The notes under the pieces are model-generated. The model was not told where the DNA came from and searched no databases. It worked only from the letters and a program-made list of their open reading frames with translations. A stretch of DNA of 55,800 nucleotides, counting the filler, from Dugesia japonica (lineage: Eukaryota): the NCBI GenBank assembly GCA_001938525.1. It is 5 parts of 5 records of this genome, joined end to end, with 100 filler letters (N's around TTAATTAATTAA, not from the genome) between each part and the next. Parts side by side here need not be neighbours in the genome. Positions count along the whole stretch, not along the records: positions 32,041 to 43,705 come from MQRL01625247.1; positions 43,806 to 55,800 come from MQRL01597852.1; 3 more parts are not named here. One strand, 5' to 3'. The translations under genes and the position numbers were made by a program. Below, one piece after another: positions 37,621 to 50,845 of the stretch. How positions within the stretch are numbered: the first letter of the stretch is position 1; each line of letters opens with the position of its first letter.

Positions 37621-40164
37621 TTAATTAGTAATAAATCTTTGTATAGATTCATATTCATTTAATTTACAAACAACTATAAAGAGAAAATAGTGAATCCAAA
37701 ACAAAGGTATACGGTTTATACCCCAAATGAATGTTGGGTGTCAACCACGCTATACCGAAAATCTAATCAGGACATTAGATAAATTCTTGAAGGGGTCCCC
37801 TAAGGGCTGATTTTTCCCCAGCCGCCATTTTTTCTAACACCAACTCNNNNNNNNNNNNNNNNNNNTTACTATCAAGAAAATAGCAAAGAAAAGATGAAAA
37901 TAACAACAGAAGAAGATATTAAATTCAAAAAAACAACTATTTGTCATTTATGTAAGAAAAACATCATTAAATCGGTTCGATACCACGATCATTTCACTGA
38001 GAAATACATGGATGCCGCATGTTCAACTTATAATCTCAGTAGCAAAGTTCGACATGAATTACCTATAGTATTTCATAATCGTAGAGATTATGATTTGCGC
38101 CATATATTAAAGTATGAACTCAGTCAATTTTCTCACTGGAATATCTCATTTTTACCAACAACAAGCGTGAAATCTTCATGTTTGATTGTACACTTGAATA
38201 AAGTAACTATAAAGTTTATTAGTTCTTGTCAGTTTATCAATAGCTCATTGGACGCGGCTGTTAAAACAAATAAAACAACTCCATTAACCAGAGTTTAATG
38301 ATAACAGAATTATCAAATCAAAGGAAATTTTCCCATATGACCTCGCTACAAGCCTGGCCGTGTTGAAAGAAACCGAATGTATGCCACCAATATGGAAATA
38401 TGTCAATGAAGATTCGTATCAGAAGGCTCTGGGAATGTGGAATATTACTGGATGCAAGAATTTACTGGACTACATGATAATTTATCTAAAACTGCTAGAT
38501 AAATTATCATGTATTCCTGCTAGCTGACTTTTTTCAAGAATTTCGAGAGAAGTCTCTAGTACATAACGAATTGGAACCATTATGATTCTTTTGAATTCCA
38601 GGGATGAGCTNGGCATCAGCATTTATGACCCTAAAGGATCCTATTGAATTGCTTACAGACAATAATATGTTCTCATTTTTCGAGGGAGGCATCAGAGGTA
38701 GACTGTGTGGTTCAATGTGAAATCGAACGAAAACATTGATCTTTTGTTCATCGATATAAATAACTTATACGGATGGACATTAAGTCAGAAATTATCATAT
38801 ATGGATTTTCAATGGATTCATACCAGATTAGAGCAAATATTGGACGATTGTATCGTATGGCTACACAGTAGAATTTGACATGGAAATCTCGGACGAGTTA
38901 CATGGTTATTTAAGTGATTTGTCTGTTGGACCCAAACATCAGAGCCCACCAGGGAGTAAGATAAAGAAGCTGTTATTAACACACTATACGAAATTGAACT
39001 ATGTAGTACATTGACAATTACTACAACTGAACATGCAACTTGGTGTTAGGATTTTTAAAATACATAGAGCTCTGATGTTTACACATTATATTTTCAAGAA
39101 GTATATAGACGAAAATACTGAGCTAAGATCTCAGAGTACATCGGATTTGGATAAGAATTATTATAAGCTTTTGAACAATAGCCTCTACGAAAAACATTAG
39201 AAAATCTAAAGAAACTAATGAATCTCAGANTGTGCAATTCAGCTAAGAAGCTTATTACTAACGTTTTAAAGCCAAGCTTTAGGAAAACAATCAAAATAGA
39301 TCAAACTTTAATTGCGGTATTGATAGACAAGGATACAGTTTGTCTCAATCGCCCTTGCTTTATATTGGTCAGACAGTATTGGACTTGAGTAAGCTAAGAA
39401 TGTATCAGGTCTAATACATAGAGCTGGAGAAATATCGGAAAGAGAGAAAATGTACTATTAATATAGTGGTGGGAGATACTGACAGCTTTTTCCTGGAAGT
39501 GAAAGACATTAAATTGGAAAGATTACTAGAACTGATGGTTCAGGATGAGTTGATGAACACTGCAAACTATAATGCATAAGATTAGATTTATAAAAAGTGG
39601 AATTCAGTGGTAGGAAAATTCAAAGACGAAAGCAAGGGTACGAGATACAAGGAATTCATTTTTCTGAGATCAAAATGTTACAGTCTGCTTAGCGAAAAGA
39701 CCAGCATGAAGGCTAATGGAGTAACATTAAAAGATACCGACTTAATACTACAGTCGTATCTAGATTTTTACAACAACAATCAAGCGGTCTCAGTAAACCA
39801 ATTTAGGAAACCAATAGGTACAAGAAACCACCAATTGTACAGCTTTAAATGACCAAAAATAGCATTGACCAATACTGACGATAAGAGAGTATGGACACAC
39901 AAAAACACCAGTGTTCCATATGTGCAAATGTAGTTTGACCGCAAAAAATAAGACTTTGGATCAACAAAAGAATGTACAGGTAATAAATTTATTTGAACTT
40001 ATTAGAGATTTATTTTATTATTTAGTAATCAAAGGAAGAATCAAGTCACATGAAGAAACTTATGAAACTCATTGTATTTGAACTGTTTATTTTGAACTGA
40101 CTTTGTCCAACTGTTTGTAATTTATGTAATAAAGTTTGCCATTATGATTTATGTTTTTTTTATG

Positions 40165-40686
40165 TATTGTTAATATTGCCGGGGAGCATCTAATGTTAAT
40201 ATTTATATTGCGCGAAGGATATTAATGTTAATATTAATATTAACTAGGGAGCAACTAGTTTTAATGTTAATATTACTCAAGGAGAACTTAATAATACTAT
40301 TGCCCAAAGCGTCTAATGTGGCTTGGAAAGAAATTTGATTAACTACCTACAAATTTAAAATTTTTCTTTAATTTAAAAAAAAGTTAATTTCCATTGATTA
40401 CGCATTGGTTACGTATATTTCAAATTACACCATAAAAATAAACATAATTGAAATAGTAAAACAAAAATGAATTATAATTTTAAAAAAAATTAAACTTTCC
40501 GCCAAATATTTTCCGCGAAAAATAAATCCAAATAAATTCATAAAAAAATTGAACTAAACACAAAATATACTAGCAAAAATTACGTAATCAAATCGTTCCC
40601 ATTAAATATACGTAAAATTTATACACCACTAAAAATGTTCTATCCCATGGGGGGGTATAGTGGCCATGCCCTAGTTTTTATCTACT
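40165..40686 (-). mobile_element. Polinton terminal inverted repeat region downstream of pPolB
   Basis: Ends TATCTACT; TAATATTGCC/CTAGGGAGCAACTA subrepeats resemble the reverse complement of 45690-45770. Confidence 0.65.
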
Positions 40687-41341
40687 TGATAACATGGGTT
40701 TCAGCCTTACATAACTATATATTAACAATAACAACCACCCCAAAAAATTATAATGTCTGTGATAAATGGCTATTCTAGTGACCGGTTAACAAATAGTAAA
40801 TAATGGGGATATACTTAGTTATAAGTTCACTATTCGTTAAGACCTTACAAGGAAGACAGAATCGTTGAATGAATCCATAATAATCAATGAAAGAAATATC
40901 GATGATAAATGTTATAATATTTGAGATCATAAGTGACAGTCATGGTAATAAGAAGATAACTGAGGGCACATATGCATTAAGGGCTACTAAGACAAGTACA
41001 TAGTGTATTTCTAAGGATAAAAATAACTAAAGGTACAGCATCATAGTGAGAATAACGATGAGAGGAATTTTAGTTTTACTATTACAAGTAGTTATTGGAT
41101 AAAAATTATTAGACAAACCTAAAACAACAATGCACTAACAACTATTTAGTTATGTATCAGGGCAGAGAAAAAAACCCAACTAAAAGAAAAAGGACCTGAA
41201 TTCAAACTGCAAGTTGTGAGTAAACGATACTATTCCGAAGATCTAGCATAGGGATGCTAGATTAAATTTTTATCGAGGTTCTAATAAAGACCACAAACCC
41301 GGTTATCAAATAAAACATCCGGCCAAGGTGAAGCCCCAACA
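40687..41341 (+). mobile_element. Element D: 3' end of a related LTR-like element
   Basis: Ends GCCCCAACA (inverse of TGTTGGGG); CTATTCCGAAGATCTAGCAT..ATGCTAGATTAAATT is homologous to 37750-37787. Confidence 0.55.
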
Positions 41342-41387
41342 ATATTACTCCACAAAAAATACAAATAAAGATTTAACATCAATTAAA

Positions 41388-41965
41388 AAGTTGCCAGGTA
41401 AAACCGTAAAAAATACCGGACAAAATTATGAAATGAAACTTTATGAAATCATTTTTTTATATTTATCATTTCGAAAAGTAGCTTTTAGCAGTTTTTTATT
41501 TTTTGAAAATATTTCTCTTACATTTTGGCATGTATAAGAAATATTAAAGAAGATCCCTTTTAACTAAATTCAACGACACTCAATTACGTTTGTTGGTCCA
41601 TAGATTACGCTAAAAACTTTTCAACATTCGCATTCGAAACTGGAATCGAATAGACGAACTGAGCTATTTTTAATAAACTTGGTGCAGGCTCTTTTGAAAT
41701 TAATAGTTCCACTTTTCAAGAGAAGATGTTCCTTCAAGTGTCTCCATATAAATAATACTTTAATATATTACATATTAAACTAAAATTTTTATTAAATTAA
41801 ATTTTCCATAGCCTACTGAGGTTAAAAAATTTCAATGTAAAAATTTTTGAACCGTCAAAAGAAATACCGTACAACTGTACGCCCGGTCCTTCAAATTTTT
41901 CCAACCGGACAAGCAGTTGAATTAACGAACTACCCGGTTCAAAATTCAAAATTATCTGGCACCTG
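41388..41965 (-). mobile_element. Probable non-autonomous hAT element with transposase C-terminal trace
   Basis: Ends GTTGCCAG / CTGGCACCTG, CCGGAC-type subterminal motifs, weak dimerisation-like translation. Confidence 0.4.
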
Positions 41966-42757
41966 TATCGCTTATTCTTTTACAATTATCTGAGAATAAT
42001 TGCATAACTTGCAACATAGAATTCGACTACTCTAATTATTTAAAGGTTAATCAAGATAAACCTGAAAATAAATAATATAGCACCTAATATTCTGTAATAT
42101 GAATTTTAAAATTACGATGATTGCCAGAATAATTTTTAGACTTAACTATTGATTGGATTTTTGAAAGTTCAATAAATTAAAAAGCTTCCAATAAAAATGT
42201 TAGTTTTTCGTGGTTAGTAATTCGAATTTTCGACAATTGTCTTCTTTAGTAATTAACTTAATCCGGATTTATTAAAAACATTTTAAAAAATTTCATAAAA
42301 AAATTATCAAAATATAAAAATAAAATCAATTGATAACATTAATAAATTTAAAATATCAACGTTTTCAAAATATTAATATGTTGATTTAAATTTTTAATTT
42401 TGAATTATTAAATAAATAAATCTTAGATTTAGTTTCATTAAATAAATGTACCGATTATTTTCATTAAATAGGAGAATAATTTTATTCATTTCAAAATTTA
42501 AAAAAAAAATAAAATTTCATCTTTATACAAAACAATATTCAAAAAATAATGGTGCAAATAAAACATGCAATTAAGCTTTATTTATCAATTTTTAATTAAT
42601 ATTATTTTAATCTATAAATATATGGTTAAAATATTAGATATATATGACGTTTAAAGATGTCTGCAGTTTATATTTTGTTTACTAACTTTTAAAATAATTA
42701 TATATTTTTGTTTAAATTTTAGGTTATTTATATCAAATAATTAGAAACGTGTAATAA

Positions 42758-43705
42758 ATGGCTCCGGGCAAACCAGAAGCTGCTTTAGCTAAAGCGAAAG
42801 GTTAATTTGAATAAATTCCATTTTTTAAATTGAAAAATATGTTTTAAATTTAATAAATACTTTAATATATACATTTTAATAGATTTAATAAATGTTTCGA
42901 AACTAAATACGGCAATAGAAATTTTAAGTGAATGTATGAAAGCGCAGAAAAAACAAAAAGCATGGGTTAAAACCCACGAAGANGTTATGATGCTTTTGGC
43001 ACAATTATGTGTTGATAATAAAAAAAGTCTTCAGTTTAAAGAAATTATTCATCAGTATAAAAACATGACTTTTCAGGTTTATTAGTGAAATAATTATTCA
43101 TAAAGACTAATAATTTTCTAATAGATGGTTCCTAAATCGCTAGAGGATGTTGTTAAGTATTATTTATCTCTTGCAAAGCAACGAACAGAAGAAGCAAGAG
43201 ATCAAGCTAAAATACTTGTTCCGGATATTGATGATTTAGATAATCCGGATACTCCAGAAAATCTGATGTTATCCGCAATTAATGCCGATAGCGAACAAGA
43301 ACGTCAAGATAGAGCAATTTTGACTCCATGGTTAAAATTTTTGTGGGAATCNTATNGACAGTGTATGGAATTATTGAGAAATAATGTGAAATTCGAACGA
43401 CTTTATCATGATATTGCTCAAGAAACTTTTGAATTCTGTCAGAAATATGATCGAAAAGCTGAATTTCGTAAATTATCGGAAATATTAAGAAATCACATGT
43501 CGAAATTTCAACAGAGTTCTAATACAGTTGGAAATACTCCTCAAGCTCAAACACCAGAAACTTGGGTTTTGCATTTAGAAACTCGTCTGAAAATGTTGGA
43601 TTTTGCATTGAAATTCGAATTATACAACGAAGCGTTCAAAGCAGTCGAAGACGTTTGGAATTTACTAAATACGTCGAATATATCTGCTAAACCGAGAATT
43701 CTAGC
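42758..43705 (+). CDS. EIF3A: Eukaryotic translation initiation factor 3 subunit A, 5' part
   Basis: Exons 42758-42800, 42883-43076, 43125-43705; KPEAALAKA, LCVD..K, QYKN, IDDLDNPDTPE, LTPWLKFLWE, LLRNN..ERLYHDIA, RKAEFRKL, EAFKAVED. Confidence 0.95.
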
Positions 43706-43805
43706 NNNNNNNNNNNNNNNNNNNNNNNNNNNNNNNNNNNNNNNNNNNNTTAATTAATTAANNNNNNNNNNNNNNNNNNNNNNNNNNNNNNNNNNNNNNN
43801 NNNNN

Positions 43806-44758
43806 AGAAATTTAGAAAATGAGAAATTTTAAAAATTTCAATGGAGACTTCTGAAGAACGAGAATTTGTGAAGGAAAACCGGGAACGTATAAAATCAGAT
43901 GGTGCTTTGGTGAAAATTCTCACTGAAGATGTGATATTAGCAATACAAATAAATACGTCCATGAATTAACTTGAGAATATACATAAACACATGAAAAAAT
44001 TTATTGAGTTGCCTCAAAATTAGAGAAGTAAAAATTAAGCATCAGCTTTGCAATAAAAAAGACGTATTCAATGGAGTAAGAAAATCTTGTTTCCATACAC
44101 TAATTATAGATGAAAGCACTAATATTTTTGCACAAAAATATTTAGAAGTTGAAATCCCTTGGAGTGACACTGTAAAAGAATTATTGCAGCCTGTAAATGG
44201 TATTGATAGTTACGCTTTTATTATATTTATCGAAAATTTCTGTATACATTTCGAAAATAGATTTCCAGAAGAAGAATTAAAAAATTGGGAATAAGTTTGA
44301 TAACACAAGTATTATTAATTCACAAAATGACTTTGATTTAGGCAAACAGAATATAATGCAACTTTCTAAGAAGTACTCAAAATTAATGTCCAATCAAAAT
44401 GGTGATTTAGACAAGTTATGGAGAGAATATTCAGAATTGAAATATTCAATTTTGGAGGAAACCAAATCAGGATCATTTAAGACTTTTGATGAGACACTAA
44501 TCTTTGTTCAATCTAACCCCGAGTTTTCTAACATTGCATGCCTTTATAATATTATGGGAACTTTTCAAGCGTCTAGTACAAACTGTGTGCTCGGATTTTC
44601 TGTAATGAATTCGATAAAAACTAAATACCGAAACAAACTTGAATCAGATAATTTTAGATAATTTCATGAAAATTAAAATACATTTAGCAAATGGACACCC
44701 AATAGATAGTGAAAATTTATTTCAAGAATGAATTTCTAAAAATGGTTGGCGATAAAAC
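43806..44758 (+). mobile_element. hAT (ZNF862-like) transposase remnant
   Basis: FHTLIIDEST; TFQASSTNCVLGFSVMNSIKTKYRNKL (dimerisation motif). Confidence 0.85.
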
Positions 44759-44857
44759 NNNNNNNNNNNNNNNNNNNNNNNGTATGTAATTTTCTTCAAG
44801 AGATAAAAATAAAAAATAATGTTTGTATAATATTTATTTGCACAATTAAATTTTATT

Positions 44858-45210
44858 TTACACAGCTCTGAGAAAATTATACGGAACAATGACCACAAGT
44901 TTCTTTGCTGAATTACAAAGTTTTAAATTAATTCGCTTTTTCAAATTTTCAACAGTCTTACCATAAAGACTGTTGCTTATTAACTTACAACAATTTTTAT
45001 CTAACTCATTTTGACTTTCCGACCATAATGCAGTGTGTCCATCTACATAAGCTTCAAAGATATAATCTTGATTACATTTTACAATACTATGAATTTTAGT
45101 CACTTCAACCCCTATTTGTAATACAATTCAAGCAATCTCCATTGTATTACATAGTTTTCTTAAGGTGATTTGTTAATAATAATTTTTTAATTTTTGTACA
45201 TGGCAGCATT
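44858..45210 (-). mobile_element. Polinton pPolB remnant (motif B region)
   Basis: KKLLLTNHLK.NYV, CKLISNSLYGKTVENLKKR. Confidence 0.9.
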
Positions 45211-45212
45211 AG

Positions 45213-45770
45213 AGTAGGTAGATAGGTGCGCATTAGAACAGTACACACTAGGGTTTTTTTAAATTCAACTGTTCCCAATTTTAAACGTTTTGATTATTCA
45301 AAATATGTCCTGATAAGGGCAAAATTTCCAGATTTCAAGGTCAGCTGTTCCCGATTTTAAGCGTTTTGATTGGTTGAATTTTTTGTGTATATGCTGATTA
45401 CGAAATTCTTACATTGTTACGCAATGATGACGCCATAGTAGTGCAGTGATGACATCATGATTACGAAATCCAGATTTTCTTAATTGATATATTTTAATGT
45501 TTTTTTTGTTTAAATGAGATGAAATTATTTATTTATGTATTAATCTTTTTGTTTATATTGAATGATTTTAATAGTAATTTGTTTAAATGAAGTGAAATTG
45601 TTTAATTTTTGTTTAAATTAAGTAAAATGAATTATTTTATGTTTCAATTAAAGAAAATTAAAAATTTTTTAAAGTATATTTTTCCAGAGCACTATTAACA
45701 TTAGCAACATTAGTTCCCCTAGTTATATTAACATAAAATATTACCCAGGCAATATTAATATTAGTTGCTC
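45213..45770 (+). mobile_element. Polinton left terminal region
   Basis: AGTAGGTAGATAGG start; duplicated CTGTTCCC.ATTTTAA.CGTTTTGATT; subrepeats shared with 40165-40300. Confidence 0.65.
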
Positions 45771-45774
45771 TGGT

Positions 45775-46248
45775 TTCATGCTTTTAGATGTTCAACGGTT
45801 CATGCTATTAGTTGCTTCAGGGCTCATACTCATAGATTAGAATTTAGTATTAATGCTACAATACAAGAGTCAACAAAATTCTCTTTTTTCAAAATCGTTT
45901 TTCGAAATCGTTGGTCGAAAGATAAATCTGCATACCAAAAAGAGCTACGTTCTCAAAAGAAAGGACAGATAGAGAAAAGATAATTCAATAGAATTTGAAG
46001 AAGGCGGCACAATAAATGGAAAATTTCAAGAAAGATAAGCCAGAACAAAGATACTTTAAAGAGCCAGAGCGGGTATTAGTTCGAGTAGAACCACGCAAAC
46101 AAAAGAAAAACGGTTTCTATAAGAAGGACTATACCAGATAGTGAGATTTGTATCAGCACATCAAGTAGAAATCAAGTTTCCAAATTGTTTGAAAACCAGA
46201 AGAATAGAATGGCTAAAAAGATGGAAAACGTTTTGAAGGAGGGAAGAG
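45775..46248 (+). mobile_element. Ty3/gypsy integrase C-terminus plus polypurine tract
   Basis: LEFSINATIQESTKFS; GLYQIVRFVSAHQVEI..RRIEWLKRW; PPT GAAGGAGGGAAGAG. Confidence 0.75.
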
Positions 46249-47137
46249 TTATGGAAATTCGAAAGAACTTTGTTTGAATAATGCGAATTAACCTTATAAT
46301 TTATTTTAAAACAATATTATAATCACTTAGTTATTCTTCAAACACGATAGAAGACTAGGTTTTTGTAAATTATTTAATTAATCTTTTTATTGACTTTGCT
46401 TATTTAAAATAATTTCAATGATACTTTTTAGTTTGATTTTAATGAATAACTTTGAAATTTGCATTTAAACAAAATTAAATTGTAATTTATATTTATATAT
46501 TTTTAATATTTAAAATAATTTTTAAATTATTTTTTTTAGTGTTTGACTAATTTTTTAATGTTCATAATATATTTTTATTGATTTTTAAATAGTTTCTTTC
46601 ATCACATTACTATCTGAATTTGTAGTTGATTCTCCATTAAAAACAGAAAAACCCAAAAGATCGATAGTGTAAATGGTAATATAAAGTATTCATTAATTTC
46701 ACAATCGATTTCAAATTTAAAAACTAAAAACGATTTCAGCATTTTTAATACGAAACATTTAGTTTATTAATATATTCATAAGGTGAAATTTCAAATGAGA
46801 TTTTACACAAATCGATTTAATTAAACACACAATAACAATCATAGATGTATCAATTGGATTTTAATGTATATTTTAAATGTTAACATGGACATAAATTTAA
46901 ATTTAATGTCATTGGATTGATGTTAAATAAAAAATTCTTCAAATGCTAACGCAAAATATAATTTATGTTAATTTTGAAAGTTTAGATATCGATTGGTTTT
47001 TTATCGTAAAATGATATTATACATATGTTAACATGCTTGTATGTAAGATGGTTAGTGTGTTACCAGAACAGTTATTACATAATCAGTAGTTACAATAATC
47101 ATTGACACACTGAAATTATATAGATTTGTATGTAATA

Positions 47138-48913
47138 CACATATCCCCTAATTAACACTGAAGACAGGTTCCTTAGAAAACTGTGCAAATCGAAAACAAA
47201 CTAAAATGTACATAATTTAGTCATTTATTTCAACGTAAAATAAAAATAAATATATCTTAAAAAACAAAAATAACGGTCTATTCATAAAATGACAAAATTA
47301 TAAAGACATATTTATGTAATTCATTTCACATATAGAAAAAAGAAAAATAAATTAAAAAACTTAACCGAAAATTTAATTACTGTTATCACTTTCATCGACT
47401 ATTATTCTTTTCTTCCAAACTAATATGGTATCACTTTCATCACTCGATAGTATTTGATGCGATTTAAGTTCGATGTTAGATGAATTAAAAACAATTTCAG
47501 ATCGGCGAGCCTTGGTAATGAAATCCGTAATTAACAATCGTGTTTAATTTTTGGTAAAATCTGAATTAAGCGTTTATTAATGTATCGCTGAAATGGGAAA
47601 CATTGTTCAACATTCCGATCATTTTCTAATTTTCGTCGCAATGTCAAGTCCTTCACAGATGATTTTTGCTGTGAAAAAAACTGGTTCAGACTCCACTTCA
47701 CAAAGATAACTGTCCCGATCATTTGTCTCATAATAATGTAAATTGAATAATCCTCATCTAATTCTTTATCTTCCATTAATTCTATAATATCTGCCTCAGC
47801 AAAATCCTCAAAACTTTCTCCTCTCATTGTATGCGCCATCTCCATAATCTGAGAATATTCATGCTATAATGGTAATCTAGAACGCTCAGCTTCAACTGCA
47901 TCTGGCCATAATTTCTTCAACCAGTTATTGACCGTTGATTGCTTAATCTCTATAACACACCAACATGCTTAACAAAATTTAACACAAGCATCCATAATTT
48001 CGAGAGATTCATCATTTCACATTTGTTCTAAAATATATGTGAAACTTAATTTGATGTACAACTTGCACATCTTCGTGTTGTAAATCGTGAGGATTGCTGG
48101 GTTGATTACCAATTTAAAGAATGGTTTTAAAAGGCAAACTATTTCAACTTAAATACCTTTGACGTGTGAGATAAAAAAATATGAAAGCATTCATGGAAAG
48201 GTGTGGCAGTAACACAGGCCTTATTATTAGCCATCCAATAAATGGGAAGGTTATTGAGGTTTATTCCTTTGAAATTTTTTGATTTCTTAATAACCAATGG
48301 TTTTATTATGCGATCGCCTGAAGCGCTGATGCAGAAAAGAACCTTTATACAACTTTTCACTGCTTTATGATCACCAGCTAATTTATGAGCATTAGATATA
48401 TAGGTTTTTTCTGGCATTTCTATTCCAAAAAACCCAAATTCATCAACATTAAAGGTCTGGTTTGGAGTGTACGAATTAACGGCTATAATTTCAGCAGATT
48501 TGACTGGATATTGTTGCTCTCCATCTGAATCAGCAGATGTTTCCTGAGCTTTGTAATTGTATTGGTATCTATTGTAATCCGCTTTTAAGTGGTGTCTTCT
48601 AGCCATATCATTAATGCATTTTCCATATTTTCCATTGTCACATCTCATACGTATGTAGCTGTTCTCATACTTGTAGAAGATCAAGCTGCTACACTTTTTC
48701 TAATGGAGTATTCATACTTTTCTTTTTCTCCTTATAATTATTTATTAGTAAATATGAAATTTTCCAAATAGAAAAACAACAAACTGGAATTCAGAATAGA
48801 ACAGAATTAAAAAATGACTGCAGGAATTTTTAGTATTTTTAAAATCCCATATTTTAAAAACTGTGTAAAAGTTAAATCATGTAAATGAAGTATCACATGA
48901 AACGGGATAGGTG
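47138..48913 (-). mobile_element. pogo/Tigger DNA transposon (degenerate)
   Basis: YTPNQTFNVDEFG..MPEKTYI..KPLVI..W.ANNKA; ends CACATATCCC / GGGATAGGTG flanked by TA. Confidence 0.85.
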
Positions 48914-49502
48914 TAAAATCTATCTATACTATAGTTTATTCAATTTAAATTATTATTAATATTATATTAATAATTTATTATAATAATATTTGTGAGACAT
49001 ACTTACTTCTGAATTATCTACATCCATGTTATGCGGAAAAGAAGACATTTTTTGTTTAAAGTTTTTTGAAAATTTAATTTGGTTTAAATTATTTTTATGT
49101 ATTGTATTGTAACAAAAATTATTTGCTATAAAAATTTCTTTTAAAATATAATAGTAATATTTTTAGAATTATTTATAGTAAGCAAAATTATTTGAAAAAT
49201 TATTTTGAAAGAATTTAAAATTATTTTGAAAGAATATTGAAAAATATCGTATGTGTATTTATTTTGTTTAACAAGGAAATCAATATTTTTAAATATAAAT
49301 TTTATATTCTCAGATATGGATTATTTGTTTAAATACAATGGATTATTATTACATCTTTCAACTGTAATAAAACAATTGTGATAGTGAATTTGGTGTACAT
49401 ATTTCAATAAAACTAATGTATACATATGAAATCTGTCTATATTTGTATGAGGTTTGCATAATGTTTAGTGTATACTTATTGAAATTTATATGAGAATTGA
49501 TA

Positions 49503-49677
49503 TTTCACTCTGGTTTTCAAAATATTAATTAATCTTTTCAAAATATTTCACTATGCTTGTAGTAATATTGTACAATTGTGTAATATACAAAATACATTAA
49601 AATTTTGTACAATTTAAAAATCAAGTATAGCTAATATTTTGAAAAGATAGTTAAATATTTTGAAATTTTGAGTGAAA
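49503..49677. repeat. Imperfect inverted repeat (about 55 bp arms), foldback/MITE-like
   Basis: TTTCACTC..TTTCAAAATATT..ATCTTTTCAAAATATT..CTATGCTTG is mirrored at 49622-49677. Confidence 0.7.
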
Positions 49678-50089
49678 CATAATGAAAAACCCTGTAATTA
49701 TGTAATGAAATTAGTGTATGAATATTGAACTTCTTCTTCTGTTTATGTTTTAATAAGATTTTAATATTTTAATGAAATAAGTACAATACTTAATGAAATG
49801 TTTGTATGATTTTTTAAAGTTTATATACATTTGATAAAATTTTAATGTAACTAGTGTAAATATTTAAAAATTTTATGTTTTAATGAAATTTATATATTAC
49901 TCTAAAACCATTGGCAACTTTTTATTAAAAATAAAAGAATGACATTTAACAAAATATTTATTTGCAAATAAATTCGACGGAATAATACTGATTATCAAGC
50001 AACTAAAAAATTATTAAAATACACTATTTAAAAAGCTAAACATGATTATGTAATTTCAATTGTGCAAACCAAATAAAAAATCAATAAAA

Positions 50090-50400
50090 TAATTTAAAGA
50101 GTGATATTCAATCCATAAACTGGACATTAATTTTAGAATTTAATGACCTTTTCAACAAAGTTTAACAATCACTCTCCAAATAATTATTAAATCCACTGCA
50201 CAAGATCCTAAAATCAGAAAATTATCTATTAAATTTATACATTTTTTTCGATGCTCAAAAATATTTCTANNNNNNNTGGACTATGCTCTTAGACTCTGGT
50301 TTAAAGATAATGAGAAGTCTCTTTAATTTATGTGGCGTCACACTCAGTACATTTAAATTGATAAGCCAGATCAGAAATTTTATCATTATCAAGATAATCT
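50090..50400 (-). mobile_element. Penelope GIY-YIG endonuclease remnant
   Basis: SDLAYQFKCTECDAT*IKETSHYL*TRV*EH..DFRIL..ES..INVQ. Confidence 0.75.
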
Positions 50401-50780
50401 GTTTTATTGTATAACTAATTTCTGTATTTTTGTTTTTAAAATATAATTTTTGTTTATATTTTGAGATCTGTTTGAAATGATATTTATTTAAGTTCTCTAA
50501 AAAATTAATTAAAAATGGAATTATAAAAATTCAATTTTGTGTGTAAAATAAAGAAATTAAATGATTTATTTCAACGTTAATGATTATGTAAAATCACAAT
50601 ACATTTGAGCTTGTCAAAAGAATAAAATTAAATTGAAAATTGAAAGTTTTAAACAAAGCTGAAATAAAACAATTTCTAAAATATAGAAACTTTTAAGATT
50701 CTCAGGAACAATTCTGAGATCGATTTAGCATTTCAATATTCAATTTCAAAATATCGATCGTTGTTTTCATCTAGAATGAC

Positions 50781-50845
<65 letters not shown>
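50781..50845. repeat. (AAT)n microsatellite
   Basis: Perfect AAT run leading into an N gap. Confidence 0.95.

Larger units (their letters stand above)
33460..37865 (+). mobile_element. Element B: about 4.4 kb TGTTGGGG-start element (probable giant solo LTR) with promoter and cassette array, inserted in pPolB
   Basis: Removing it with one TACT copy restores pPolB ..IIYYQENSKEKM; 3' hairpin homologous to 41241; the exact right end lies in an N gap. Confidence 0.7.
32380..39932 (+). mobile_element. Polinton protein-primed DNA polymerase B, near full length but degenerate, split by element B
   Basis: VNVKNSDNKCFIYSILA, VIYADFKS, CHLC..VRYHDHFT, PIVFHN..YDL, KGNFPY, GGIRG, DINNLYG, KLLNNSLY, GDTDSFF, VGKFKDE, LRSKCYS, DDKRVW. 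Confidence 0.92.
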
